Assembly (NCBI GenBank): GCA_963761335.1
Contig: CAVXGR010000017.1
Coordinates: 96,001-160,000, forward strand
DNA length: 64,000 nt
Direction: 5' to 3'
From: an uncultured delta proteobacterium
GTDB lineage: Bacteria; Desulfobacterota; Binatia; HRBIN30; BPIQ01
Shown here: positions 33,854 through 44,916 of the stretch, piece by piece
Layout of the letters: each line of letters begins with the position of its first letter
Numbering within the stretch: the stretch's first letter is position 1
Made by a program: the position numbers and the translations under genes
The notes under the pieces: model-generated
What the model saw: the letters and a program-made list of their open reading frames with translations, nothing else
Database searches by the model: none
What the model was told of the DNA's origin: nothing

Positions 33854-34060
33854 CCCATTCCCTGTCCCGTCGTTCCCAGCTCTCCTTCCGCCGTTCCCCC
33901 CATTCTCGTCGCCCTCCGATTATCCCCGCCGCCTTTATCTACGCGGGCATCCGTGATAGCTGCCACGCGGCTGTCTGCCGGGGGCCTCCAGCCGGACGGA
34001 TTGCATGACCGGCCTTACCGGTTGTGGCAGGATAATCTCTGAAAGGCCTACATACCACGC

Positions 34061-36280
34061 ATGTCGAAAGTAATGTTGATTAACGTCACCCACCCCGAAG
34101 AGAGCCGGGTGGGCATCGTCGATAATGGCGTCCTGGACTCTTTCGAGATCGAATCCCTCGCCCGCGAGCATCTAAAGGGCAACATCTACAAGGGGGTGGT
34201 GCACCGCATCCACTCGGCGCTGGAGGCGGCATTCGTCGACATCGGCGGCGAGCGCGACGCCTTCCTGCCGCTGGATGAGATCTGTTTCCGGAACCTGCCC
34301 CACAACGGCCAGCCGCCCGATCGGCGCTCGAAGATCAAGGACATTCTCAAGCCAGGTCAGGAGCTGCTGGTGCAGGTGGTGAAGGACCAGTTCGGGCAAA
34401 AGCCGCCGACCCTGAGCACCTTCTACTCCCTGCCCGGGCGCTACCTCGTCCTGCTCCCCGGCTCGGAGGAGTCGGGAATCTCGCGCAAGATCGAAGGGGA
34501 GGACCGGGCTCGGCTGCGGGCGCTGGTCGACAAGCTCGAGCCGCCGGAAGGGTTCGGCATCATCGTGCGCACCGCCGCCGGCTTCGACGAGGACCCGAGC
34601 GAGCTGCAGCGCGACCTCGCGTATCTGACGCGTCTCTGGCAGAGCATCGCGCAGAGTGCCGACGCCAAGCGCGGTCCGGGGCTGGTGTATCGCGAGCACG
34701 ACTTGGTGATGCGCAACATCCGCGACTACTTCACCCCGGACATCGACGAGATCTACATCGACAACGAAGACGTGCATCAGCGGGCGCGCGACTTCCTGCA
34801 GAACGCCATGCCCGGCAAGGAGAAGCTTCTGCACCTCTACAAGCGCCGGGAGCCCATCTTCTCCTACTTCAACGTCGAGCCGGAGATCGAGTCGATCTTC
34901 AAGCGGCGGGTATCGCTGCGCTCGGGAGGCAGCATTGTCATCGACGGCACCGAGGCGCTCACCGCCGTCGACGTCAACTCCGGGGGCTCGGTTCGCGGCG
35001 GCAGCCAGGAGGAGACCGCCTTCAAGACCAACATCGAGGCCGCCACCGAGATCGCCCGACAGCTCCGCCTGCGCGACCTCGGCGGCCTCATCGTCATCGA
35101 CTTCATCGACATGCGGCAGACCACGCACATCCACGAGGTGGAGCAGACCCTCCGCGATGCGATGAAGCCCGACAAGGCGCGGCACGATATCGGCCGCATC
35201 TCGCGTTTCGGGCTGTTGGAGGTGTCGCGGCAACGCCTGCGGCCGGCGGCGGCGGCCACCTCCTATACGTCGTGCCCGATGTGCGAGGGGCATGGCCTGG
35301 TGCGCACCACCGAGTCTGCGGCGCTGGTCGCCCTGCGCAAGATTCACAACCGCCTCGGTCAGGGCGACGTGGGGGCGATGCGCGTCAGCCTGCGGCCCGA
35401 GATCGCCGTCTATCTCCTCAACCACAAGCGCGAAGATCTGGCGGCCCTGGAGAGCCACTTTGGCGCGCGCATCCTCATCGGCATGAGCGATCGCCTGATG
35501 CCGCACCAGTCGGAGTTCGATGTCCGCGTCCGCGAGGCCGAGGTTCGCCCTCCAGCACCGGGGCCGCGGCCCGGGGAGGTGGTCGTGCACGAGGCCGCAC
35601 CGGCGGAGGCGGCTCTCCCTCAGGCCAACGGCGCCGAGAGCACCAACGGCAGCGGCAAGAAGAAACGCCGCCGCGGCCGTCGCCGCGGGCGCGGTCGTGG
35701 ACGGCAGGCTGCGGCGGCGCTCGCCGAGGCCCTCGGGGCTCTCGGGGTGCATGCGGGTCTGGCCCCCGCCTCCGAGATGAATGCGGCGCCCGCCGCCCCA
35801 GTGCCGGCGGCACCGCGGCGTTCCGCCCCGGAGCCGAGCCCGGCAGGCGAAAGGCGAGAGGCGCGCGCCAGCAACGGTGCCGTGGAGACGGCGAGTCCCG
35901 GGCCCGCGGCGACGGCCGTACCCCAGGCGCTGGTCGGGGAGACCCAGACGGCCGACACGCAAGAGGCAACGCCGAAGCGCGCCCCCGGCAGCCGCAAGCG
36001 GGGTAGCGCCGCCACCGCCCGGAGTCGCTCCGGCGCCGCCAAGACCGGCACGCGCGCCGCCAAGAGCGCCAAGACCGCGACCCGGGGGCGGAGCGCCGAG
36101 GCGGCGGCCGCGAAGAAGGAATCTCCGGCGAAAGCCGAGGCCCCGGCGAAGAGCGCGGTCTCCCGGGAGACGACCAGCAAGAAGCCGGCAGCCGGACGCG
36201 CCAAGGCGGCGCGGGGACGTTCCGGCTCCTCGTCCGGCAGCCGCCGCAAGAAGCCGCAGCCGGTGCCCGCCACGGAGTGA
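34061..36280 (+). CDS. rne: Ribonuclease E/G family (RNase E-like with disordered basic C-terminus)
   Basis: KGNIYKG, AAFVDIG, TAVDVNSG, QLRLRDLGGLIVIDFIDM, CPMCEG Zn-link, Arg-rich KKKRRRGRRRGRGR. Confidence 0.93.
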   Translation: MSKVMLINVTHPEESRVGIVDNGVLDSFEIESLAREHLKGNIYKGVVHRIHSALEAAFVDIGGERDAFLPLDEICFRNLPHNGQPPDRRSKIKDILKPGQELLVQVVKDQFGQKPPTLSTFYSLPGRYLVLLPGSEESGISRKIEGEDRARLRALVDKLEPPEGFGIIVRTAAGFDEDPSELQRDLAYLTRLWQSIAQSADAKRGPGLVYREHDLVMRNIRDYFTPDIDEIYIDNEDVHQRARDFLQNAMPGKEKLLHLYKRREPIFSYFNVEPEIESIFKRRVSLRSGGSIVIDGTEALTAVDVNSGGSVRGGSQEETAFKTNIEAATEIARQLRLRDLGGLIVIDFIDMRQTTHIHEVEQTLRDAMKPDKARHDIGRISRFGLLEVSRQRLRPAAAATSYTSCPMCEGHGLVRTTESAALVALRKIHNRLGQGDVGAMRVSLRPEIAVYLLNHKREDLAALESHFGARILIGMSDRLMPHQSEFDVRVREAEVRPPAPGPRPGEVVVHEAAPAEAALPQANGAESTNGSGKKKRRRGRRRGRGRGRQAAAALAEALGALGVHAGLAPASEMNAAPAAPVPAAPRRSAPEPSPAGERREARASNGAVETASPGPAATAVPQALVGETQTADTQEATPKRAPGSRKRGSAATARSRSGAAKTGTRAAKSAKTATRGRSAEAAAAKKESPAKAEAPAKSAVSRETTSKKPAAGRAKAARGRSGSSSGSRRKKPQPVPATE

Positions 36281-36283
36281 TCC

Positions 36284-37060
36284 ATGCGCGTCATCCCGAT
36301 CCCGCAGTTGATGGACAACTACGCCTATCTGGTGGTCGACGAGGCCGGGGGACAGGCGGCCGTCGTCGACTGCGCCGAGGCGGAGCCGGTGCTGCGCACC
36401 GTTGAGCGCGAGGGTGTGCGGCTGATCGCCATCCTGCCGACGCACCATCACTACGACCACGTCGGCGGCAACCTCGACCTGCTCCGCCAGAGACCGTCGC
36501 TCGAGGTGATCGGCTACAGCGGACAGAGCGACCGTATTCCCGGCTGCACTCGCGAGGTGCGCGAGGGGGAGCACCTGCGCATCGGTGCGCTGGAGACCTC
36601 CATCCTCTTCATTCCGGCGCACACCACCGGCCACATCGCCTACGACTTCCGCAACGACGCGGCGGTGTTCACCGGCGACACGCTGTTCGCCGCCGGCTGC
36701 GGTCGCTTGTTCGAGGGCGATGCAGCGATGATGATTCAGTCGCTCTCCAAGCTCATGGCCCTGCCGGACGACACCCGCGTCTACTTCGGCCACGAGTACA
36801 CGGAAAGGAATCTGCAGTTCGCCTTGACCCTCGAGCCGCAGAATGCCGACCTGAAGCGCAAGCTCGAGTGGGCGGTCGCGCAGCAGCGCCAGGGCCAGCC
36901 AACGGTGCCGACGACCATCGGCGAGGAGAAGGCCACCAACCCGTTTCTCCGCTGGTCGAGCCCCGAGCTGCGCGCCACGCTGCACCGGCAGTTCCCCGAC
37001 CTGCCGATGACGGACGTGGACGTTTTCGCCAAGACCCGCGCCCTCAAGGACCAGTTCTAG
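36284..37060 (+). CDS. gloB: Hydroxyacylglutathione hydrolase (glyoxalase II)
   Basis: DNYAYL, THHHYDHVGG, HTTGH, FTGDTLFAAGCGRLFEG, GHEYT, EKATNPFLR. Confidence 0.95.
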   Translation: MRVIPIPQLMDNYAYLVVDEAGGQAAVVDCAEAEPVLRTVEREGVRLIAILPTHHHYDHVGGNLDLLRQRPSLEVIGYSGQSDRIPGCTREVREGEHLRIGALETSILFIPAHTTGHIAYDFRNDAAVFTGDTLFAAGCGRLFEGDAAMMIQSLSKLMALPDDTRVYFGHEYTERNLQFALTLEPQNADLKRKLEWAVAQQRQGQPTVPTTIGEEKATNPFLRWSSPELRATLHRQFPDLPMTDVDVFAKTRALKDQF

Positions 37061-37075
37061 AAGCGATCGGCAGGG

Positions 37076-39073
37076 ATGTCGGAGGAAGGCTGGGCGGTCG
37101 AGGCGCGCGACGGCGGCCTGCATCTGGCGGCGCGTGGACTTCCGCGTGTCGAGCTGAGTGGGCTGCGGCCGGAGCTCGTCTACCGCTGGGGCGGCCAGAA
37201 TACCTGCTGGCGCGCCGACGTGCATGGCGACGCCGAGCATCTGGAAAGCCGTGGCCGGCGCGACGGCCTGCGCCTGCGCCTGCGGCTCGAGCGGCGCGGC
37301 GCGGCGCTTCTCCTCTGGCTCACCGTGCGCAACGAGGGCGCCGCGCCGGTGCAGCTGGTGCGCGGCACGCCGATCGCGGCCGCCGGCGCTGGCAGCTGCG
37401 TCATCGGCTCCGGCGCGGATCGCTGGAGCGTGCTTCGTCAGGGGTATCAGTCGTGGACGGGGACGCGCAGCTTCCGCGCCAGCGAGGTCGACCGCGACCC
37501 GCTGACACCGCTCCTGCGCATCGGTCTCGTCGACGTGGCGCGGCCTTCGCCGGCGCGACAGGGGCACTTCCGCTCCGATTTCTTCTCGGCGGTGAAGAAC
37601 CTGCGTTCCGGCGAGACCCTGCTCCTCGGCTTTCTCCAGGGCCAGGAGGTCTTTGGGGACGTCGAGGTGTCGGTTGACGGCGGCCGCTGTACGCGGCTGG
37701 CGGCCTCGGTGGAATGGCAGCCGACGATTCTCGAGCCCGGCGGCGAGGTGACCGCGCCGCCGCTCTGGGTGAGCGCCGGAGAGGACGAGCACCGTCTGCT
37801 GAACGAGTACGCGGCGGCCGCCGGCGCGTGCATGCGGGCGCGGGTGCCGGACCGGAATCCGGTGGGTTGGTGCTCCTGGTACTACTACTTCACGCGCATC
37901 ACCGAGGAGATCATTGTCGAGAACGTGCGGGCGCTGGCGAAGCTGCGGCCGCGCTTTCCGTGCGACTACGTGCAGGTCGACGACGGCTATCAGGCGGCCA
38001 TCGGCGACTGGTTGCAGGCGAACGAGAAATTTCCCCGCGGCATGAAGTGGATGGCGCAGCAGATTCGCGACGCCGGCTTCGAGGCGGGGATCTGGACGGC
38101 GCCGTTCATCGCCCACTCGCGTTCGCGTCTGCTCGCCGATCACCCGGAATGGTTCGTGAAGAACGATCGCGGCCGCCCGCGCTTCGCGCTGTGGAACCCG
38201 TTGTGGGGGGTGCGCGGCGTCTGCTACGCGCTCGATACCACCCATCCCGAGGCCCTCGACTGGCTGCGGCAGACCTTCCGCACCATTGCCGGCGAATGGG
38301 GCTACGACATTCTCAAGCTCGACTTTCTGTACGCCGCCGCCTTGCCCGGCCAGCGGCATGATCCGCACGCCACTCGCGCTGCGGCCCTGCGCCGCGGCCT
38401 CGAGGCGGTGCGCGACGGCGCCGGAGAGAGGGCGTTCCTGCTCGGCTGCGGCTGCCCGCTGTCGCCGGCGGTCGGCGTCGTCGACGCCATGCGCATCGGC
38501 CCGGACGTGGCTCCCTTCTGGAGCAACGCGCTGAGCCGCCGCGCCCAGCGCGATCTGCACGGTCTGGCGACGAAGAACGCCATTCGCAACGTGCTGACGC
38601 GCGCCTTTCTGCACCGGCGCTGGTGGCTGAACGATCCCGACTGTCTGATGATCCGGGACCGCAACACGCGTCTGACGCCAGCGGAGGTGTCGAGCCTGGC
38701 GACAGTGATCGGCGCCACGGACGGCATGGTCGTTCTCAGCGATCGCGTCGAGAAGCTCTCGGACGAGCGCCTGGCAATGCTCGAGCGGACGCTGGAGCTG
38801 GCCGGGGGCGAGGCCGAGGTCATCGACCTGATGTCGGCGGACGTCCCCGAGATCCTGCTGCGCCGCGGCAGCGGTGGCGCCCGACTGGCCGTGTTCAACT
38901 TCGCCGATGACGCGCAGCAGCGGCAGATCGATCTGACGCCCTACACGGCCGGCGCCCGTGCCCTGCAGTCGGTGGCGGAGATGTGGAGCGGCGCGGCGCT
39001 GCCGGTCGCCGGCGGCATTGCCGATCTCGGCGCCATTCCCCCCCATGGCTGCAGAGTGCTGCTGCTGCCCTGA
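37076..39073 (+). CDS. Alpha-galactosidase-like glycoside hydrolase (GH36)
   Basis: GWCSWYYY, QVDDGYQ, AGIWTAPF, LKLDFLY, LGCG.P, MRIGPDV, WLNDPDC. Confidence 0.88.
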   Translation: MSEEGWAVEARDGGLHLAARGLPRVELSGLRPELVYRWGGQNTCWRADVHGDAEHLESRGRRDGLRLRLRLERRGAALLLWLTVRNEGAAPVQLVRGTPIAAAGAGSCVIGSGADRWSVLRQGYQSWTGTRSFRASEVDRDPLTPLLRIGLVDVARPSPARQGHFRSDFFSAVKNLRSGETLLLGFLQGQEVFGDVEVSVDGGRCTRLAASVEWQPTILEPGGEVTAPPLWVSAGEDEHRLLNEYAAAAGACMRARVPDRNPVGWCSWYYYFTRITEEIIVENVRALAKLRPRFPCDYVQVDDGYQAAIGDWLQANEKFPRGMKWMAQQIRDAGFEAGIWTAPFIAHSRSRLLADHPEWFVKNDRGRPRFALWNPLWGVRGVCYALDTTHPEALDWLRQTFRTIAGEWGYDILKLDFLYAAALPGQRHDPHATRAAALRRGLEAVRDGAGERAFLLGCGCPLSPAVGVVDAMRIGPDVAPFWSNALSRRAQRDLHGLATKNAIRNVLTRAFLHRRWWLNDPDCLMIRDRNTRLTPAEVSSLATVIGATDGMVVLSDRVEKLSDERLAMLERTLELAGGEAEVIDLMSADVPEILLRRGSGGARLAVFNFADDAQQRQIDLTPYTAGARALQSVAEMWSGAALPVAGGIADLGAIPPHGCRVLLLP

Positions 39074-39132
39074 GGCGCCGCGGTTGCCTGCGGCGCCGGC
39101 TTGCCGCTATGAGCGCGGGGGAGATTGAGCGC

Positions 39133-39882
39133 ATGGGCAAGCTGCACGAGAAGATCGCCGTGATTACCGGCGCTGGCTCCGGCATCGGCCGGGAGAGCGC
39201 CCTCCTGTTTGCGCGCCAAGGGGCCACAGTGATCGCCGCCGACGTCGATGAGGCGGGCGCCGCGGAGACCGCGGCGGCGATCGCCGCCGCCGGTGGGCGC
39301 GGCGAGGCCTCGGCCGTCGACGTGCGAAACGCCGCCGCGGTGCGCGAGCTGATCGACGGAACGGTGCAGCGCCACGGTCGCCTCGACGTGCTCTTCAACA
39401 ATGCCGGCATCGGCGGACCGCACGGGCCGCTGGTCGATTGCGGCGAAGGAGATTTCGACGAGGTGATCGCCGTCAACCTGCGCGGTGTGTTTCTCGGGAT
39501 GAAGTTCGGCATCGCCGCCATGCAGCGCGGCGGCGGCGGTGTCATCGTCAACACCGCCTCGGTTGCCGGCCTCATCGGGGCGCGCGGCTTCGCTGCCTAC
39601 TGTGCCTCCAAGGGCGGCGTCATCCAGCTCACCAAGGCGGCGGCTCTGGAGTGCGCCGCGCACGACATCCGCGTGAACTGCATCTGCCCGGGAGCGGTCG
39701 ACACGCCGATCCTGGGGATGATCCCGGCGACCGCGAAGGCGGCGATCGGTCGCACCAACCCGATGGGGCGCATGGCGCAGCCGAGCGAGATCGCCGCCAT
39801 GGCGCTGTTTCTGGCCAGCGACGACGCCTCCTTCGCCACCGGCGGCGTCTTTGTCGTCGACGGCGGCTCGACGGCTCAGTAG
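39133..39882 (+). CDS. Classical short-chain dehydrogenase/reductase
   Basis: TGAGSGIG, NNAG, YCASKGG (YxxxK), IRVNCICPG, VVDGG. Confidence 0.95.
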   Translation: MGKLHEKIAVITGAGSGIGRESALLFARQGATVIAADVDEAGAAETAAAIAAAGGRGEASAVDVRNAAAVRELIDGTVQRHGRLDVLFNNAGIGGPHGPLVDCGEGDFDEVIAVNLRGVFLGMKFGIAAMQRGGGGVIVNTASVAGLIGARGFAAYCASKGGVIQLTKAAALECAAHDIRVNCICPGAVDTPILGMIPATAKAAIGRTNPMGRMAQPSEIAAMALFLASDDASFATGGVFVVDGGSTAQ

Positions 39883-40739
39883 GCGACGGATGGGAAGTAG
39901 CAGCCGCGGGGTTCCTGATATTCGCCGATCGACATCAGGGTCATCGGCTTGATCACGCGCATGCCCTCGGCGAGGCACCAGCGGAAGATCGCCGCCTCGC
40001 GTGTCGGCAGTGGAAAGGCCAGCGGCTCGGCGAGCCTGCGGCCGACGCCGGCAATCAGCGCGCACAGATCTGCCTCCGTCTCGCCGACGCCGTGCGCCAC
40101 CTGCCAGACGGAGAGCGTGGTGGCATAGGCGGCGATGCGGCCGTCGCGCTCCAGCACGAAGGGCGCGAAGCCGCGCAGCGCATCGCGCAGCTCGCGGGTG
40201 CGCTCGAGGCCGTGCACCTGCCGGCAGAGGCGGGCGCACTCGTCGAGATCCGCATCGCCCATCTCCCGCACTTGGCGCTCGGTGGGCCCGCGGCTGAGCG
40301 GGCGGCCGGTGAGCACCGCCAGGGGCTCGCGCACCTCGAAGCCGAGGGATGCGTAGAGCGACAGCGAGGCGGTGTTGAAGGCGTCCTGCACGAGCCGGAC
40401 TCCCGGAGCGCCGGCGGCGCGCTCGAGCACCGCTTCCATCAGGCGCCGGCCGGCGCCGCGCGCCTGCACCGCGGGATCGACGGACAACGGCCCCACGGAG
40501 CGGATCGCGTCGCGCTCGGAGACGAAGTTGGAGCCGATGATGCGGCCGCGGCTCTCCGCCACGACCCCGTAGAAGAAGGGGTGATTGATGAGATAGGTCG
40601 CCACCTGGGTGGCCACATCCACGGAGGCGAAGTCCGGGGGAAACCCGTGGCGCACGGCGACCTCGCGAAAGGCGTCGTAGAGGATGCGGCCGCAGGTGCG
40701 CGCGTCGGCCGCAGCGACCGGGCGGATGTCGATGTCCAT
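39876..40739 (-). CDS. GNAT-family N-acetyltransferase
   Basis: VGPLSVDPAVQARGAGRRLM motif A, NTASLSLYASLGF motif B. Confidence 0.9.
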   Translation of the reverse strand: MDIDIRPVAAADARTCGRILYDAFREVAVRHGFPPDFASVDVATQVATYLINHPFFYGVVAESRGRIIGSNFVSERDAIRSVGPLSVDPAVQARGAGRRLMEAVLERAAGAPGVRLVQDAFNTASLSLYASLGFEVREPLAVLTGRPLSRGPTERQVREMGDADLDECARLCRQVHGLERTRELRDALRGFAPFVLERDGRIAAYATTLSVWQVAHGVGETEADLCALIAGVGRRLAEPLAFPLPTREAAIFRWCLAEGMRVIKPMTLMSIGEYQEPRGCYFPSVAY

Positions 40740-40821
40740 CGGCGCAGAATCATATCATGACTCGGGAGAGCGAGGGGCTCTTTCGCAAATTAGAAGTTGA
40801 CCCGCAGGCGATAAGCTTCAG

Positions 40822-40850
40822 TTGCCAAGGTGCTGCCTCTTCGGTATACG
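40822..40850 (+). promoter_or_regulatory. Putative sigma70 promoter of the cold-shock gene
   Basis: TTGCCA-N17-TATACG, followed by an ~135-nt hairpin-containing leader. Confidence 0.4.
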
Positions 40851-40992
40851 GGGAAAGCAGTCTGGAGGAGAAGATTCGGCGTGCTGCTTTGTGGTTGAGG
40901 CGGAACCCTCAACCGGTCACTCTGCTTTTCAGTGCGAACCGAGCCTCATGCAGCTTCCCTCGTGGACGAGTACAAAAAAGGAGGGAACGCAC

Positions 40993-41193
40993 GTGGCTCA
41001 AGGTAAAGTGAAGTGGTTCAACCCCGAGAAGGGGTACGGCTTCATCACCCGCGACGACGGTGAGGACATCTTCGTCCACTACTCCGCCATCGCCGGCGAG
41101 GGCTTCCGCAGCCTCGAAGAGGGGCAGGCGGTCGAGTTCGAGGTGACCACCGGTCGCAAGGGACTTCAGGCGACCAACGTCACCAAGATCTGA
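40993..41193 (+). CDS. cspA: Cold-shock protein
   Basis: [37 protein letters not shown] start, AAGGAGG RBS. Confidence 0.93.
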   Translation: MAQGKVKWFNPEKGYGFITRDDGEDIFVHYSAIAGEGFRSLEEGQAVEFEVTTGRKGLQATNVTKI

Positions 41194-41204
41194 TCTGGAA
41201 CCCC

Positions 41205-41243
41205 GGGGGGACGCCGCCCGTGGGTGGCGTCCCCCCGTTTATT
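41205..41243 (+). terminator. Rho-independent terminator
   Basis: GGGGGGACGCCGCCC-GT-GGGTGGCGTCCCCCC followed by GTTTATT. Confidence 0.85.
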
Positions 41244-41276
41244 CTCTGGCGGCCCAGATGGCCGCGCTCCCAATCC

Positions 41277-41732
41277 TCAGGCGACGGCGTCGCGGAGCTC
41301 CCGGAGGGAGCGGCCGCATGCCGGGCAGAAGCTCGCCTGCGCCGGGAGACTGGCGCCGCACTGCGGGCAATACGCCACCCGCCGAAAGCGGCCGGCCGCA
41401 GACACCACGGCTTTCGCCCGCGGCGCTTCTGCCTCGTTGCGGCTCTCGGTCTTCGCCTCTTCCATGGCGGCGATCGCCTCGATGGCGCGCGATGCATACT
41501 TTTCGCGGAGCGAGGTGTAGTCGGCGTCGGTCAGCTTGCCCATGCGGTAGTCGAACTCCGCCTCCTTGATGGCGCTGTAGGCCTCGACCTTCTGCTTCTC
41601 CATGGCCGCGGTGCGGTCTGCCGCCGGCGAGTGCGGATCGGCGAGCACCTCGGGAGACGTGGAGCCGAAGAACGGCCAGGCGACGAACACCAGGCAGGCG
41701 GCGATGAGGGCGAGGCCGATGGCGAAGATCAT
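41277..41732 (-). CDS. CcmI-N-like membrane protein with C-terminal zinc ribbon
   Basis: N-terminal TM, IKEAEFDYRMGKLTDADY, CPQCG..FCPACG; last gene of the ccm operon. Confidence 0.8.
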   Translation of the reverse strand: MIFAIGLALIAACLVFVAWPFFGSTSPEVLADPHSPAADRTAAMEKQKVEAYSAIKEAEFDYRMGKLTDADYTSLREKYASRAIEAIAAMEEAKTESRNEAEAPRAKAVVSAAGRFRRVAYCPQCGASLPAQASFCPACGRSLRELRDAVA

Positions 41733-41747
41733 CTCTCTATACCCGCT

Positions 41748-42205
41748 CTACTTGTCGAAGTGCTCGAGCTCGCGCTCGAGGATTTTCTGGTACTCGCTGG
41801 GCGTCGGCGGCTTGCTCTCGGGCGCTGAAGGGGGCGGCGGCCGCCGCCCCCAACGGGCGGCGGCCATGGTGACGGTGATGGCGGCAAGCGCCAGGAGGGC
41901 GAAGGGGGTGATCCACGCCGTCAGGTTGAAGCCGCTGGTCGTCGGCGAGGACAGGATCTTCTCCCCGTACTTGTCCTCGAAGTACGCGAGGATCTGCTCC
42001 TTGCTCTTGCCGAGCGCCATCTGCTCGCGGATCTCGGCGCGCAGCGGCTCGGCGGAGGGGCAGCCCAGGTGATTGCAGCTGTGCACGGTCAGGCCGCAGC
42101 CGCACTGGCAGGTGAGACCCTCCTCCATCTCCTCGAAGGTGAGGGCATTGGCCGCCAGAACGGGAGCGGCGAGGGCCAGAATCAGGAAGACGAGACGGAG
42201 AGCTT

Positions 42206-42209
<4 letters not shown>
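41748..42209 (-). CDS. ccmH: Cytochrome c biogenesis protein CcmH (Cys-rich variant)
   Basis: Signal peptide, LTCQCGCG..SC..GC, GKSKEQILAYFEDKYGEKIL..P, AWITPF; GTG overlaps the ccmF stop. Confidence 0.85.
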
Positions 42210-44203
<1,994 letters not shown>

Positions 44204-44285
44204 GAGTACCTCTCGACGATTTCAAGGGCAGGTGCGGGCGTGAAGCGCTCGCCTGCTGCCGGGGGCGAAGGGCTCTTCGCGGCGG

Positions 44286-44729
44286 CTACGACCGCGGGCG
44301 GGCATTCGCCGATGCCTCTTTCTTCTCCGAATCCTTCGCCTGATACTTGGAGGGGCAGCTGGTCATGATGGTGTGGGCATGAAACACCCCGTCGTTCCCG
44401 TACTTGCCTTCGACGATGACGTCGCGGCCCTCGGCGAACATGTCGGGGAGAATGCCGTTGTAGTGCACGGGCACACCGGCGTTGGCCGGCGCCTCGAAGT
44501 CGGCAAGGGCGAACTTCAGGTCGAGGTCGCGCGGCTCCCAGTGCACAGTGCCGTCGCGCACCCGTCCGGCGATGCGGACCCCCTCGTTGGCCAAGCTGTC
44601 CTTCTTCGCCGAGAACTCGGCGATGGTCATGTAGTAGACGGAGGTCTCGCTGGCGGCCGAATAGATGAGAAATCCGACGGCCGCGGCCAGCACGAGACCA
44701 CCGACGAGGAATCGGTACCGACGCTTCAT
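44286..44729 (-). CDS. ccmE: Heme chaperone CcmE, CxxxY type
   Basis: N-terminal TM, VYY, GILPDMFAEGRDVIVEG, TSCPSKY. Confidence 0.93.
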   Translation of the reverse strand: MKRRYRFLVGGLVLAAAVGFLIYSAASETSVYYMTIAEFSAKKDSLANEGVRIAGRVRDGTVHWEPRDLDLKFALADFEAPANAGVPVHYNGILPDMFAEGRDVIVEGKYGNDGVFHAHTIMTSCPSKYQAKDSEKKEASANARPRS

Positions 44730-44916
44730 TTCACCCGCAACCAACTGCCAAACCCTAACGGATGAGTATCACTCTTTCAAGGTGCCGTCGCCGTTGCCGG
44801 GAATGATTCTCACGCAACTCTCATTTGCTCTTCCCGGAGCGCCCATTTTTCGCTAAGAGCGGCACTCTGCCGCGGCATGGCCGCATGTGCACCTCCCGCG
44901 AGCGTGGCGACGGACG

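Noticed and set aside
35600..36280. Histone-like Lys/Ala-rich tail of Rne as a separate gene or novelty
   Set aside because: Disordered basic C-terminal scaffolds are normal for RNase E
34172..39046. 1624-aa minus-strand ORF
   Set aside because: Antisense shadow of rne-gloB-GH36; Ala/Arg/Gly-rich with no domain
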